Assembly: GCA_964368785.1 (NCBI GenBank) | Contig: CAYJCW010000003.1 | Coordinates: 71,704-135,703 of the forward strand | DNA from: an uncultured Candidatus Saccharibacteria bacterium | GTDB lineage: Bacteria > Patescibacteriota > Saccharimonadia > Saccharimonadales > Saccharimonadaceae | Reading direction: 5' to 3' | DNA length: 64,000 nucleotides | In this document: piece by piece, positions 25,617 to 36,827 of the stretch | Layout: each line of letters opens with the position of its first letter | Position numbering within the stretch: position 1 is the stretch's first letter | Translations under genes and position numbers: made by a program | The notes under the pieces: model-generated | Told to the model about the DNA's origin: nothing | What the model saw: only the letters and a program-made list of their open reading frames with translations | The model's database searches: none

Positions 25617-26921
25617 ATGAAAACGACTGTAAAAAACCTATCCGACACCAAAGTACAATTAACGATTTCCGTCGATGCACCTGCACTTGCTGATGCCGAA
25701 AAAGTTGCCCTTAAAAAGCTCAGCGCTTCTGTTAAGGTTGACGGCTTCCGCAAAGGCAAAGTACCTGCCAGCGTAGCCGCAAAGCACATTAACCCACAGG
25801 CATTACAAGAGCAGCTGCTTGATGATGCTGTAAGTAAAGCCGTCGCTGAAGCGTTTCTTGCCGAAAAAATTCAAGCGCTCGACCGCCCCATGGTCGATAT
25901 TAAAAAGTATGTTCCGAATGAAATGTTAGAATTTACCGCCGAGGTCGAAGTGCTTCCAACAGTCACTCTTGGTGATTATAAAAAACTTGGCAAGAAAGCC
26001 GAAAAAGTTTCTGTTTCCGATAAGGAAGTAAACGAAATCATTGATCGTATGCTCCAAAGTGTTGCTGAAAAGACTGAGGTTGCTCGCGCCGCAAAAGAAG
26101 GTGACGAAACGGTCATCGACTTCGTCGGCAAAAAAGATGGCGTTGCCTTTGACGGTGGTGCGGGGAGTGACTACACGCTTACGCTTGGCTCTGGCCAATT
26201 TATTCCTGGTTTTGAAGAGGGTATTGTCGGCCACAAGGCGGGTGAAACATTCGATCTTGAGCTTGAATTTCCTAAAGACTACCACGCAAAAGATCTTGCT
26301 GGTGCCAAAGTAGTGTTTACAACAACGCTCAAAAAGGTGCTTGAGCCAAAACTCCCTGAACTTAATGATGAATTTGCCGCTAAAATGGGCCCTTACACCA
26401 ATGTTGAAGAGCTTAGGGCGGGTCTTCACGAGGAAATCCTTGCAAACAAAGAACGCGAAGCGGGCGATAAGCTTAAAGATGTTCTTATCGAAGCCCTTAT
26501 CGAAAAGAGCACCGTTCCGGTACCGGAAATTCTCGTATCTGACCAAATGCGCTCTATCGAACAAGACTTCTCGCAAAACCTTATGTACCGCGGCCTTGAC
26601 CTTGCAAGCTACCTAACGGCAAATAGCTTTAAGGATGAAGACGAATGGCGCGAAAAAGAAGTGAAGCCCGCGGCAGTTCGTCGCGTACAGGCAGGTCTTG
26701 CTCTTTCTGAATTAAGCAAGGTTGAAAAGATTACCGCAACTGATGCAGAAATTGATGAGCATGTAGAGGTGCATAAGCGCCAATATGCGAATAGCCCAGA
26801 GGCTTTGAAGCAGTTTGAGACCCCTGAGGTGCGTAACGATATTGCCAACCATTTTATTACCGAAAAAACGATTGAGCGTTTGGTGACGTTGAACGGCGGC
26901 ACGGTTACTCCACACAACTAG
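25617..26921 (+). CDS. tig: trigger factor
   Basis: GFRKGKVP, FDGGAG, FIPGFEE. Confidence 0.97.
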   Translation: MKTTVKNLSDTKVQLTISVDAPALADAEKVALKKLSASVKVDGFRKGKVPASVAAKHINPQALQEQLLDDAVSKAVAEAFLAEKIQALDRPMVDIKKYVPNEMLEFTAEVEVLPTVTLGDYKKLGKKAEKVSVSDKEVNEIIDRMLQSVAEKTEVARAAKEGDETVIDFVGKKDGVAFDGGAGSDYTLTLGSGQFIPGFEEGIVGHKAGETFDLELEFPKDYHAKDLAGAKVVFTTTLKKVLEPKLPELNDEFAAKMGPYTNVEELRAGLHEEILANKEREAGDKLKDVLIEALIEKSTVPVPEILVSDQMRSIEQDFSQNLMYRGLDLASYLTANSFKDEDEWREKEVKPAAVRRVQAGLALSELSKVEKITATDAEIDEHVEVHKRQYANSPEALKQFETPEVRNDIANHFITEKTIERLVTLNGGTVTPHN

Positions 26922-26945
26922 CGCAGCACGAGGCACTAATGCTAA

Positions 26946-26972
26946 TTAGCACTCCCTTGACGCGAGTGCTAA
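26946..26972 (+). promoter_or_regulatory. CIRCE element (HrcA operator) overlapping the clpP promoter
   Basis: Perfect TTAGCACTC-N9-GAGTGCTAA; TTGACG within the spacer; TACAAT at 26981. Confidence 0.92.
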
Positions 26973-27011
26973 TTTTTATATACAATAGAATAAGTAAAAA
27001 GAGGGAGTCCT

Positions 27012-27608
27012 ATGAACGCACCGAAAAATTATCTTGTTCCAACAGTTATAGAAAAATCACACGACGGCGAACGTGCCTTCGATATTTATTCACGACTTCT
27101 TAAAGACCGTATTATTTTCTTGGGCGAAGAAGTGAACCAACACACTGCCAATATTATTATTGCGCAGCTCTTGTACCTTGCCTATGAAGACCCCAAAAAA
27201 GATATTCAGCTATATATTAACAGCCCCGGCGGCAGTGTGTATGATGGGCTTGGTATTTACGATACGATTCAACATATTGCCCCTGACGTTCAGACCATTG
27301 GAATCGGGCTTCAGGCCAGTATGGGTGCCTTCTTGCTTTCAAGCGGCACAAAAGGCAAGCGTTTCGCGCTCCCTAATAGTCGTATTATGATTCACCAGCC
27401 TTCGAGCGGGACTCAGGGGAAGATTAGTGACCAAGAGATTACCCTTCGTGAAGGACTTTTCTTAAAACAGCGGCTTAATGAAATTCTTGCTAAAAATACT
27501 GGGCAAAAATTAAGTAAAGTTGAAAAAGACATGGATCGCGACTTTTGGATGAGCGCCGAGGAAGCGAAGGCGTACGGGATCATTGACGAGGTTATGGGGC
27601 GATTTTAG
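27012..27608 (+). CDS. clpP: ATP-dependent Clp protease proteolytic subunit
   Basis: [28 protein letters not shown]. Confidence 0.97.
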   Translation: MNAPKNYLVPTVIEKSHDGERAFDIYSRLLKDRIIFLGEEVNQHTANIIIAQLLYLAYEDPKKDIQLYINSPGGSVYDGLGIYDTIQHIAPDVQTIGIGLQASMGAFLLSSGTKGKRFALPNSRIMIHQPSSGTQGKISDQEITLREGLFLKQRLNEILAKNTGQKLSKVEKDMDRDFWMSAEEAKAYGIIDEVMGRF

Positions 27609-27816
27609 CCGCTGCCTCTTGACTATTTGCCCGGAACCCTTCACAATAGGTACCAAGAAGTAGTGTAGCCCTGGTTATTTATGCCTGCGAGAATGCGTAA
27701 ATGTCGCCTAAGTGGATCTGGCAGTCCCGTTTAGGCATCAGAGGTTAAGGGAATCTTCGGCGCCAAAGAAACCCCAAATATCAAACCCCAACTATAAATG
27801 AGAGGTCCATTTATTT

Positions 27817-30800
27817 ATGGCAAGTACTAACGGTACCAACACCAAGCGTGTGTTCTTTACGAGCGACGACAACGCGCTTCCGCTCCCTAACTTAATACAG
27901 CACCAGCGCGACAGCTGGAAAGAATTCGTTGAAACGGGTCTTGGCGAAATTTTTGCCGAATTAAACCCCATCGATGATTACACTGGTCAAAAGCTTGCCC
28001 TTCGTTTTGGCACATATGCATTTCAGGAGCCAAAGCATGCTGAAGTATTCGCAAAAGAAAACAACCTTACCTTTGATGCGCCGCTTCACGCAACGGTTGA
28101 ACTTACCAATAAAGTGACTGGTGAAGTAAAAGAGCAAGAAATCTACCTGGGCGACTACCCATGGATGACTGATCGCGGCACCTTTATTATTAACGGCACC
28201 GAACGTGTGGTTGTTTCACAGCTTATTCGCTCGTCCGGTGTGTTCTTTACTGCTGACCGTGCGGGTGTTCGTAACAACTACGGAGCCAAGCTTATCCCAG
28301 GCCGTGGTGCATGGCTCGAATTCGAAACTGCCTCAAACGGTACCATTTACGTAAAAATCGACCGTCGTCGTAAACTGCCTGTAACAACACTTTTCCGTGC
28401 ACTTGGCTACAACAAAACCAGCGAAATTAAAGACCTCTTCGCTGATGTTGACACCGGTGAAGTAAAGTACCTCGACGCAACCCTTGAAAAGGACCCAGCT
28501 CGCGGTACAAACGAAGCCTTGATTGAGGTCTACCGCCGCCTTCGCCCGGGCGACCTTGCCACTGTTGATAACGCTAAGCAAATGATTGAGCGCATGTTCT
28601 TTGATTTCAAGCGCTTCGACTATTCACGGGTTGGTCGCTACAAGCTTAACCAGCGCCTTGGCCTTGACGTTGCAAACACGGCCGAAAACCGGGTGTTCCA
28701 ACTGAGCGACCTTATTGCGATTGTTAAAGAGATTATTCGTCTTAACAACACCCAAGAAGCCCCAGACGACATCGATGCACTCTCGAACCGCCGCGTGAAG
28801 CTGGTTGGTGAGCTGGTGGCTCGCCAATTCCGCGTTGGCATGCTCCGTATGCAGCGTAATGCAATGGACCGCATGTCAATGTCGGACCTTGAAACCGTTA
28901 CTCCCTCACAACTTATTAATGCGCGCCCTGTTGTTGCTGCGGTTCGTGAATTCTTCGCCAGTTCCCAGCTTTCGCAGCTTATGGACGAGACCAACCCACT
29001 TGCAGAACTTGCACACAAGCGCCGCCTCTCATCAATGGGCCCCGGTGGTCTTTCGCGTGAGCGCGCTGGCTTTGATGTGCGCGACGCCCACCCAACGCAC
29101 TATGGCCGCCTTTGTTCGGTTGAAACGCCTGAAGGTGCAAACATTGGGCTTGTACTTAACCTTGCCGCTTACGCTCGAGTGAACGAGTATGGGTTTATTG
29201 AAACGCCTTATCTTAAGGTTAAAAACGGTAAAGTAAGCGACGAAGTTGTTTACCTTGATGCTTCACAAGAAGCAGTTGAAGTCATTGCCGATGCTGGTGC
29301 CGAACTGAATGAAGACGGTACCTTTAAAGACGAACGGGTTTCGGCGCGCAACGAACTTCTTCCTGAGCAAGTCGATGCCAGCGAAGTTACCTACATGGAC
29401 GCTGCCCATAAGCAGATTCTTGGTTCAACCGCAGCGCTTGTGCCATTTGTTGAAAAGAACCGTGTTGACCGCTCACTCATGGCGTCAAGCATGCAAAAGC
29501 AGGCAGTGCCGTTGCTTCAGCCAGAATCGCCAATTGTTGGTACCGGTATTGAGCACCTCATTGCTGAAAACACCAGCCAATTGGTGGTTGCCGAAGGTGA
29601 TGGTGAAGTTATTCGCGCTGATGGCGACGTGATTGAAGTGAAGTATAAAGAAGGGGTGAAAACGTACGAACCTGTACACTTTGTAAAGTCAAACGACGAC
29701 CGTTCTATTAACCAAAAAGTTCGGGTAACACGCGGCCAAAAAGTAAAGCAGGGCGACATTCTCATTGAAGGCGCTTCTGTTGCCGATGGCGAGATCGCTC
29801 TTGGTAAGGACCTTCTCGTAGCCTTTATGCCATGGTCTGGTTACAACATGGACGACGCAATCGTGCTTTCGCGCCGCCTCGTTTCTGACGACACGCTTAC
29901 GAGTGTGAACATTAAAGATTACACGGTTGAAGTGCGTGAAACCAAGCTTGGTCCAGAAATTGTCACTCGCGATATTCCAAACGTTTCCGAAGAATCACTT
30001 CGCCACCTCGACGAAAACGGCATTGTACAGCTTGGTTCTGAAGTGAAGGCTGGTGATGTACTCGTTGGTAAGATTACACCAAAGGGTGAGCAAGAACTCA
30101 GCTCTGAAGAGCGCCTTCTTCGTGCAATCTTCGGTGAAAAAGCCAAGGACGTTCGTGATACTTCACAACGTATGAACAACGCTGGTGGTGGCAAAGTTGT
30201 AGGGGTAAAGATTTTCAGTCGCGAAAATGGTCACGAGCTTAAGGCTGGTGTGCTGATGCAAATTCAAATCTTCGTTGCACAGCTTCGAAAGATTTCGGTT
30301 GGTGACAAGCTCGCCGGCCGTCACGGTAACAAGGGCGTTGTGGCACGGATTCTCCCTGTAGAAGATATGCCATTCCTTGAAGACGGTACGCCAGTTGATG
30401 TGGTCCTGAACCCGCTCGGTGTGCCAAGCCGTATGAATATTGGCCAGCTCTTTGAGACGCACCTTGGTATGGCTGCGCGCGCGCTTGGCTATAAAGTGGC
30501 AACGCCACCATTTAACGGTGTTCCAGACGCGGTCATCTCTGAAGAGCTTGAAAAAGCCGGTTTCGCCCGTGATGGTAAAAGCCAGCTCTTCGATGGCCGT
30601 ACCGGTGAAGCCTTTGAGGAACGAACCACTGTTGGTGTTATGCACATGCTGAAGCTCCACCACATGGTAAGTGACAAGATTCACGCCCGTTCAACCGGTC
30701 CATACACAATGGTTACCCAGCAGCCACTTGGTGGTAAGGCGCAAAATGGTGGTCAGCGCTTTGGTGAGATGGAGGTTTGGGCCCTTGAAGCATACGGTGC

Positions 30801-31185
30801 AGCCGCAACTCTTCAAGAAATGCTTACTATTAAGTCTGACGATGTTTATGGCCGGGCTAAGGCTTACGAATCGATTATTAAGGACGAACCAATTGTTGGT
30901 CCAAAACTCCCTGAGTCATTTAATGTGCTTGTAAAGGAACTTCAAGGCCTTGGGCTACGGGTTGACCTTATGGACGAGAGCGAAGATGCAATTGTTGATG
31001 CCGAGCATGTCATTGGAAGCGTTATTAATGGCCAACCGGTTGCCGCTTCGGCAATTGGCCTTGATGAAGACGATGATACTCCAACCGTCCTTGATGAAGC
31101 CGATGAACTGGGTGACATTACCGAGGAGGATGGCATGACTATCCAAGATATTGATGAAATTGAAGAAATTAAGGAGGAGGCGTAA
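27817..31185 (+). CDS. rpoB: RNA polymerase beta subunit
   Basis: INGTERVVVSQ, GDKLAGRHGNKGV, GQRFGEMEVWA. Confidence 0.99.
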   Translation: MASTNGTNTKRVFFTSDDNALPLPNLIQHQRDSWKEFVETGLGEIFAELNPIDDYTGQKLALRFGTYAFQEPKHAEVFAKENNLTFDAPLHATVELTNKVTGEVKEQEIYLGDYPWMTDRGTFIINGTERVVVSQLIRSSGVFFTADRAGVRNNYGAKLIPGRGAWLEFETASNGTIYVKIDRRRKLPVTTLFRALGYNKTSEIKDLFADVDTGEVKYLDATLEKDPARGTNEALIEVYRRLRPGDLATVDNAKQMIERMFFDFKRFDYSRVGRYKLNQRLGLDVANTAENRVFQLSDLIAIVKEIIRLNNTQEAPDDIDALSNRRVKLVGELVARQFRVGMLRMQRNAMDRMSMSDLETVTPSQLINARPVVAAVREFFASSQLSQLMDETNPLAELAHKRRLSSMGPGGLSRERAGFDVRDAHPTHYGRLCSVETPEGANIGLVLNLAAYARVNEYGFIETPYLKVKNGKVSDEVVYLDASQEAVEVIADAGAELNEDGTFKDERVSARNELLPEQVDASEVTYMDAAHKQILGSTAALVPFVEKNRVDRSLMASSMQKQAVPLLQPESPIVGTGIEHLIAENTSQLVVAEGDGEVIRADGDVIEVKYKEGVKTYEPVHFVKSNDDRSINQKVRVTRGQKVKQGDILIEGASVADGEIALGKDLLVAFMPWSGYNMDDAIVLSRRLVSDDTLTSVNIKDYTVEVRETKLGPEIVTRDIPNVSEESLRHLDENGIVQLGSEVKAGDVLVGKITPKGEQELSSEERLLRAIFGEKAKDVRDTSQRMNNAGGGKVVGVKIFSRENGHELKAGVLMQIQIFVAQLRKISVGDKLAGRHGNKGVVARILPVEDMPFLEDGTPVDVVLNPLGVPSRMNIGQLFETHLGMAARALGYKVATPPFNGVPDAVISEELEKAGFARDGKSQLFDGRTGEAFEERTTVGVMHMLKLHHMVSDKIHARSTGPYTMVTQQPLGGKAQNGGQRFGEMEVWALEAYGAAATLQEMLTIKSDDVYGRAKAYESIIKDEPIVGPKLPESFNVLVKELQGLGLRVDLMDESEDAIVDAEHVIGSVINGQPVAASAIGLDEDDDTPTVLDEADELGDITEEDGMTIQDIDEIEEIKEEA

Positions 31186-31187
31186 CT

Positions 31188-34100
31188 ATGTCACGTGTCG
31201 TAATTAACAGCAACAATGGCATCGCTGACTTTGACGCTATTCGTCTTAGTGTCGCCAGCCCAGACGATATTCTCAAATGGAGCTACGGTGAAGTCACAAA
31301 GCCTGAAACAATTAACTACCGTACCCAAAAACCTGAGCGCGATGGTCTTTTTTGTGAGCGAATTTTCGGTCCAGTAAAAGACATTAATCCCCACGATTCA
31401 AAGCTCAAGGGTGTTCGTTCGCGTGAAGCAGCTGTCGATAAAAACGGTGACCTTGTTACTAAGGCAATCGTGCGCCGTGAGCGTATGGGGCACATTAGCC
31501 TTGCCGCACCAGTTGCACACATCTGGTTTATGCGCGGTACCCCAAGTGCAATGTCACTTCTCCTTGGCATTACCGTTCGCAACCTTGAGCGTATTGCTTA
31601 CTTTGCGACGTATGTTGTGCTTAAGGTAGACGAAGAAGCTCGTGATAAGTTCCTTGCTGACCTTGAAGCTGAAACTGAAGCTGGCCGTGCAGCAATCAAG
31701 ATTCATTACGAGAAAGAGGCCGAAGCAGAAGGTGCCGACGTAAAAGCACTTGCCGAAGCCCAAACTCGTGAGCTTGAAGATCTTGAAGAAAACTACACTA
31801 CCAAAAAAACCCAACTTGAAAGCCTCAACCACAGTGCGCTTTTGAGCGAGGTAGACTATCGCAACCTTCCTGAGGAATATCAAGACATTGTTGAAGTTGG
31901 CATGGGTGGCCAAGCACTTAAGGCACTCCTTGATGGTATTGACCTTGATGCGCTTATTGCTGAGCTTACTGAAGAAGTTGAAGGTGCGAAGGGCCAGCGC
32001 GAGAAGAAGCTCCTTAAGCGTCTTAAGATGCTTGAGGGAATGCAATCTGCTGGTATTCAGCCAAGTGCGCTCACTCTTACGGTTCTTCCGGTGATCCCTC
32101 CGGACCTTCGCCCGATGGTGCAGCTTACCGGTGGTCGTTTTGCAACCTCCGACCTTAACGACCTTTACCGCCGTGTGATTAACCGTAACAACCGTTTGAA
32201 GAAACTGGTTGAGCTTAACGCGCCTGAGGTGATTCGCCGCAACGAAATGCGTATGCTCCAAGAGGCAGTTGACGCACTCGTTGACAACTCAGCCGCTCGT
32301 GGTGGTCGTGCAGTCAACGCGACTGGTGGCCGTCGCCGCCTCAAGTCAATCTCTGACATGCTTAAGGGTAAGCAGGGTCGTTTCCGCCAGAACCTTCTTG
32401 GTAAGCGTGTTGACTACTCTGGTCGTTCAGTGATTGTGGTTGGTCCTAAGCTTAAGATTAACGAATGTGGTCTGCCGAAGCAAATGGCGCTTGAGCTCTT
32501 CAAGCCATTCGTTATCAGCTGGCTTATTCGTGGCGAGCATGCGCACAACATCCGTTCGGCAACTCGTCTGATTGAAGCTGGCGAGGCGATCGTTTGGGAT
32601 GCGCTTGATGCCGTCATTGAGGGCAAATACGTGCTGCTTAACCGCGCACCGTCACTGCACCGTCTTTCGATTCAGGCCTTTCAACCGCGTCTTGTTGAAG
32701 GTAAGGCTATTCAGCTTCACCCGCTCGTAGCGAACGGCTTCAACGCCGACTACGACGGTGACCAGATGGCCGTTCACCTTCCACTATCACGCCAGGCACA
32801 GCAGGAAGCTCGCGAGCTCATGAGCGCAACAGCTAACCTTCTAAAGCCAGCGGATGGTGCGCCGGTCCTTTCGGTTGCCCAAGACATCGTACTTGGTAAC
32901 TATTACCTCACGTACAATAAGGCAAGCGCACAAACCGATGTGGTAAAACCCTATAGCTCAGTATACGAAGCCGAGATGGCCTATGATAGCGGCATGATAC
33001 AGCTACAGACCCCCATTCGTGTATTTGCAAAGGGTGAGATTCGCAACACTACGCTGGGTCGCGTCTTCTTTAACGAAATTCTTCCAAAAGAATACCCGTA
33101 TGACGACAATCCCCAGAACAGCAAGCAGCTCAAGAAAGTATTGAACGACATATTCCTTAAGTATGGCGCTGAAGTAACCGCAAAGACGGCTGACCGCATG
33201 AAGGGGCTGGCCTTCCGCTTTGCAACTGTTTCTGCTGTATCAACCAGCAAGGATGATTACGTTCACTTTGAAGAGACCGATGAGATGATTGCTGAAGGTG
33301 ACGCGAAAACGACACTTATTAGCGAACAGTATGACCAAGGGCTCATTACCGAAGAAGAGCGATACAACCTTACTATTGCCAACTGGCGTGGAGTAAGTCG
33401 CAACATCGAGGCATTTCTCAAAGAAAAGCTTAAAGACATGGATACGAGCGTATCGGTAATGGTTAACTCTGGTGCCCGTGGTAACATTTCAAACGTCGTG
33501 CTTGCAAGTGCCATGATTGGTATTATGGTCGACGCTGCGAACCATCAGATCGAGCTTCCGATTCGTTCAAGCTACAAAAAGGGTCTCTCAAGCCTTGAAC
33601 AGTTCGTGGCAACACGAGGTTCACGCAAGGGCTTGATTGACACCGCGCTTAAGACGGCCGATTCAGGATACCTTACTCGTCGTCTGGTTGACGTTTCTCA
33701 GGATGTGTTTACTGTTGAAGACGAAGCTGGTGATGATGACGGATTCACTATCTACCGTGCTGAAACCGAGCTTACAATGATCGACTTCGGTAATCGTCTC
33801 TATGGACGCTACGCCGCTGAAGACATTGCGGGTCACGTGAAGAAGAACGAGCTCATTACTCGTGAAATCGCGAACGCAATTGAGGATGACCAAGACATTA
33901 CCGAAGTAAAGATTCAGTCTGTGCTTTCAACTAAGAACCTTCGTGGTGTGCCACGCCGCAGCTACGGGATTGACATGTCGACTAACCAGCTTGTGGCTGA
34001 TGCGCAGCCAGTTGGGGTGATTGCCGCTCAATCTGTTGGTGAACCGGGTACTCAGCTGACACTTAATACCTTCCACAAGGGTGGTGTGCAGGAAGGTGAC

Positions 34101-35042
34101 ATCACCCAGGGTCTCCCTCGTGTAGAAGAGCTCTTTGAAGCTCGTAACCCGAAGGGTCAAGCATACATCACTGAAGTAACGGGTGTCGTAGAAGCTTGGG
34201 AAGATGGCAAGAAGTATGTGGTTCAAGTCACTCCAGAAGCTGGCCATATTGAGCGCATTCCGCTTGAAGGCCGCGTGGCGAATGTCAAGAACGGCGCAAA
34301 CGTTAAGGTGGGTGATGTTCTTGCGAGTGGCGAAAGCGAAAGCAAGCCAATCGTTTCACCATTCGATGGCGTCGTTGAAGTAACCGAAGACCACCTCGTA
34401 CTTGCAGCAAACGCTGGTTCGCCAGTTCGCTACGAAGTTCCTGGTACGATGCAGCTATTGGTAAAGAGCGGTGATGTTGTTGAAGCTGGTGACCGCCTTA
34501 CTAGCGGTTCACTCAACCTCCACGACCTCATGCGCCTTAAGGGTATTGAAGCAACGCAGCGGTACATCATTAACGAAGTGCTCCGTATTTACGCGGCGCA
34601 GGGTCAAGATGTTGCCGACAAGCACCTCGAGATCATCGTTCGCCAAATGTTCAGCCGTGTTCAGGTTGAAGACCCAGGTGACAGTACATTTGTTACTGGC
34701 GACATCGTCTCTCGTGCCGCAGTTGTTGAAGCAAACGACAAGCTCGCTACCGAAGGTAAAGAGCAAATTGCTTACACTCAATTGCTTCTTGGTATCACTA
34801 AGGTGTCGATCTGGTCTGACAGCTGGCTTTCTGCCGCATCATTCCAAGACACGACCCGTGTGCTTATCAATGCAGCCGTCAGTGGTCGCTCAGACACCCT
34901 TCACGGCCTTAAGGAAAACGTGATTATTGGTCGCAAGATTCCTGTAGGAACCGGTGTGCACAGCGCAACTGCACTTGACACACTTGAGGGTGATGGGGAA
35001 GTTGAGGCGGATATCGCTGAAGCTATTGAGCTGGCTGCCTAG
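31188..35042 (+). CDS. rpoC: RNA polymerase beta' subunit
   Basis: [37 protein letters not shown]. Confidence 0.99.
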   Translation: MSRVVINSNNGIADFDAIRLSVASPDDILKWSYGEVTKPETINYRTQKPERDGLFCERIFGPVKDINPHDSKLKGVRSREAAVDKNGDLVTKAIVRRERMGHISLAAPVAHIWFMRGTPSAMSLLLGITVRNLERIAYFATYVVLKVDEEARDKFLADLEAETEAGRAAIKIHYEKEAEAEGADVKALAEAQTRELEDLEENYTTKKTQLESLNHSALLSEVDYRNLPEEYQDIVEVGMGGQALKALLDGIDLDALIAELTEEVEGAKGQREKKLLKRLKMLEGMQSAGIQPSALTLTVLPVIPPDLRPMVQLTGGRFATSDLNDLYRRVINRNNRLKKLVELNAPEVIRRNEMRMLQEAVDALVDNSAARGGRAVNATGGRRRLKSISDMLKGKQGRFRQNLLGKRVDYSGRSVIVVGPKLKINECGLPKQMALELFKPFVISWLIRGEHAHNIRSATRLIEAGEAIVWDALDAVIEGKYVLLNRAPSLHRLSIQAFQPRLVEGKAIQLHPLVANGFNADYDGDQMAVHLPLSRQAQQEARELMSATANLLKPADGAPVLSVAQDIVLGNYYLTYNKASAQTDVVKPYSSVYEAEMAYDSGMIQLQTPIRVFAKGEIRNTTLGRVFFNEILPKEYPYDDNPQNSKQLKKVLNDIFLKYGAEVTAKTADRMKGLAFRFATVSAVSTSKDDYVHFEETDEMIAEGDAKTTLISEQYDQGLITEEERYNLTIANWRGVSRNIEAFLKEKLKDMDTSVSVMVNSGARGNISNVVLASAMIGIMVDAANHQIELPIRSSYKKGLSSLEQFVATRGSRKGLIDTALKTADSGYLTRRLVDVSQDVFTVEDEAGDDDGFTIYRAETELTMIDFGNRLYGRYAAEDIAGHVKKNELITREIANAIEDDQDITEVKIQSVLSTKNLRGVPRRSYGIDMSTNQLVADAQPVGVIAAQSVGEPGTQLTLNTFHKGGVQEGDITQGLPRVEELFEARNPKGQAYITEVTGVVEAWEDGKKYVVQVTPEAGHIERIPLEGRVANVKNGANVKVGDVLASGESESKPIVSPFDGVVEVTEDHLVLAANAGSPVRYEVPGTMQLLVKSGDVVEAGDRLTSGSLNLHDLMRLKGIEATQRYIINEVLRIYAAQGQDVADKHLEIIVRQMFSRVQVEDPGDSTFVTGDIVSRAAVVEANDKLATEGKEQIAYTQLLLGITKVSIWSDSWLSAASFQDTTRVLINAAVSGRSDTLHGLKENVIIGRKIPVGTGVHSATALDTLEGDGEVEADIAEAIELAA

Positions 35043-35062
35043 CCGCCAAAATCAAACGCACC

Positions 35063-35094
35063 CACAAGAAGCCCTTATAGCAGGGCTTCTTGTG
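35063..35094 (+). terminator. terminator hairpin after rpoC
   Basis: CACAAGAAGCCCT/AGGGCTTCTTGTG 13-bp inverted repeat. Confidence 0.75.
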
Positions 35095-35108
35095 ATATAG
35101 TGTTAATG

Positions 35109-36122
35109 ATGAACCAACTTAACTATGATGCGCTCACGGCACCATTGACCAAACAAGACCTGCGAAATTATACAGCAAGCAGGGGAGCTGCGGGTGTAGT
35201 CGGTAGGTTTTTTGCAGGGTTTGTCGTTATCGTTGGGGTGGTCGTGCTAATAAGCATGGCAGTAGTAACGATGAATGCTATTCGTCTTGGTGACGCGCCT
35301 GGGCGGGTGGGCTCGTTTGTTGGTATCAGTATTCCCATAGTCATTGCTCTTGTGATTGCCTTCTCGGTGCGGGCAGAAACTCGGCGGCTGGCTCGCTTGT
35401 ACAAATTTTCGCAGATGAACGGTATTACTATGGCCGTGAATACACCCGGTGCGCCGTACGACGGCCTGATATTCAACCAAGGCCATAGTAAACGGGTGCG
35501 GTTGGCACTATCGTTTCCGGGTGATATAGAAGTGGGGAACTACGAATATGTCACCGGGAGCGGAAAAAGCCGCACAACGCATACGTGGGGCTATGTTGCT
35601 GCCAAGCTCCCTCGGCGTTTACCTCATATGGTACTCGATGCTAAGAAAAATAACTTCTTTGGTACCTTTAGTAACCTGCCAGCTGGATTCGGTAAAGATC
35701 AAGTGCTTCATCTGCAGGGTACTTTTAGTGATCATTTTACCCTTTACGCCCCAAAAGAATACGAGCGGGATGCCTTCTATGTGTTCACCCCAGATGTTAT
35801 GGCGGCGCTTGTTGACGCTGGCGGCCGGTATGATATAGAAGTCATTGACGATATGATTTTTCTGTATGCCCATCTCGGTATGAAAATGGATACCGAACAG
35901 CATCTCCGAGATCTTCTGGCAATCACCCAGCGTATAAAAGGTGAGCTTCATGACCAGACCGACTATTATACCGACGAGCGAGTGGGTGATAGGGCACTCA
36001 ATAGCATTGCCACTCCAGGTCGTCGGCTTAAGTCGCGCCTTGCCTGGTCAACGGTTGTGATGCTCATCCTTTTTATGCTCTATGCCGCCTGGATGATTAT
36101 TTCGAATATACTTTCACTGTAA
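35109..36122 (+). CDS. hypothetical membrane protein (three TM helices)
   Basis: Two N-terminal TMs, F...F.LY-type soluble domain, C-terminal TM. Confidence 0.75.
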   Translation: MNQLNYDALTAPLTKQDLRNYTASRGAAGVVGRFFAGFVVIVGVVVLISMAVVTMNAIRLGDAPGRVGSFVGISIPIVIALVIAFSVRAETRRLARLYKFSQMNGITMAVNTPGAPYDGLIFNQGHSKRVRLALSFPGDIEVGNYEYVTGSGKSRTTHTWGYVAAKLPRRLPHMVLDAKKNNFFGTFSNLPAGFGKDQVLHLQGTFSDHFTLYAPKEYERDAFYVFTPDVMAALVDAGGRYDIEVIDDMIFLYAHLGMKMDTEQHLRDLLAITQRIKGELHDQTDYYTDERVGDRALNSIATPGRRLKSRLAWSTVVMLILFMLYAAWMIISNILSL

Positions 36123-36411
36123 TAAACATTACGAAAAAGAACCGATACATCATCACTTAAAAATTCCCCGTAGCTTTACATAACCGCTAAAATTTGCTAT
36201 AATAAAAGGTGAGTTTCCGTTCATTCGTATTTGGTACCGTGTACAAGGCCATTACGCTGAAATGAACACCGTTTTGAAAGGATTGCTGAACCTTTTAAAG
36301 CACCCAGCATATAAAAATTCTTTTAATGTTGGTTTGTGGCCGGTGCAAGCTGTGCCACGCTGTATAACTAGAGGTGTCATCAAACTAAAGTAAGAGGAAG
36401 TTCATTGTTCT

Positions 36412-36825
36412 ATGCCAACAATCAACCAGTTAGTGCGCAAACCGCGCAAAACCGCTGCTCGTAAAAGCAAGTCGCCTGCGCTTGGTCGTATCCACAACGC
36501 ATTAAAAACGCGTTACTACAACCAAGAAGCTCCGCTGAAGCGTGGCGTCGCCATTAAAGTAACCACCAAAACTCCAAAAAAGCCTAACTCAGCGCTCCGT
36601 AAAGTCGCTCGTATCCGTCTTACTAACGGTCACGAAGTATGGGCCTACATTGGCGGTGAAGGTCACAACCTCCAAGAACACGCCGTCGTGCTCGTTCGTG
36701 GCGGCCGTGTGCCCGACCTTCCAGGTGTTCGCTACCACATCGTTCGTGGTGCGCTCGACCTCCAGGGTGTACAAAACCGTAAGCAGGGCCGTTCTAAGTA
36801 CGGTGCGAAGAAAGAAGGGAAGTAG
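36412..36825 (+). CDS. rpsL: 30S ribosomal protein S12
   Basis: [20 protein letters not shown]. Confidence 0.99.
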   Translation: MPTINQLVRKPRKTAARKSKSPALGRIHNALKTRYYNQEAPLKRGVAIKVTTKTPKKPNSALRKVARIRLTNGHEVWAYIGGEGHNLQEHAVVLVRGGRVPDLPGVRYHIVRGALDLQGVQNRKQGRSKYGAKKEGK

Positions 36826-36827
36826 TC

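Noticed and set aside
25926-26576. Long antisense or alternative-frame ORFs over tig, hisS, rpoBC, fusA, tuf and r-protein genes
   Set aside because: Shadow ORFs caused by codon bias of the real genes
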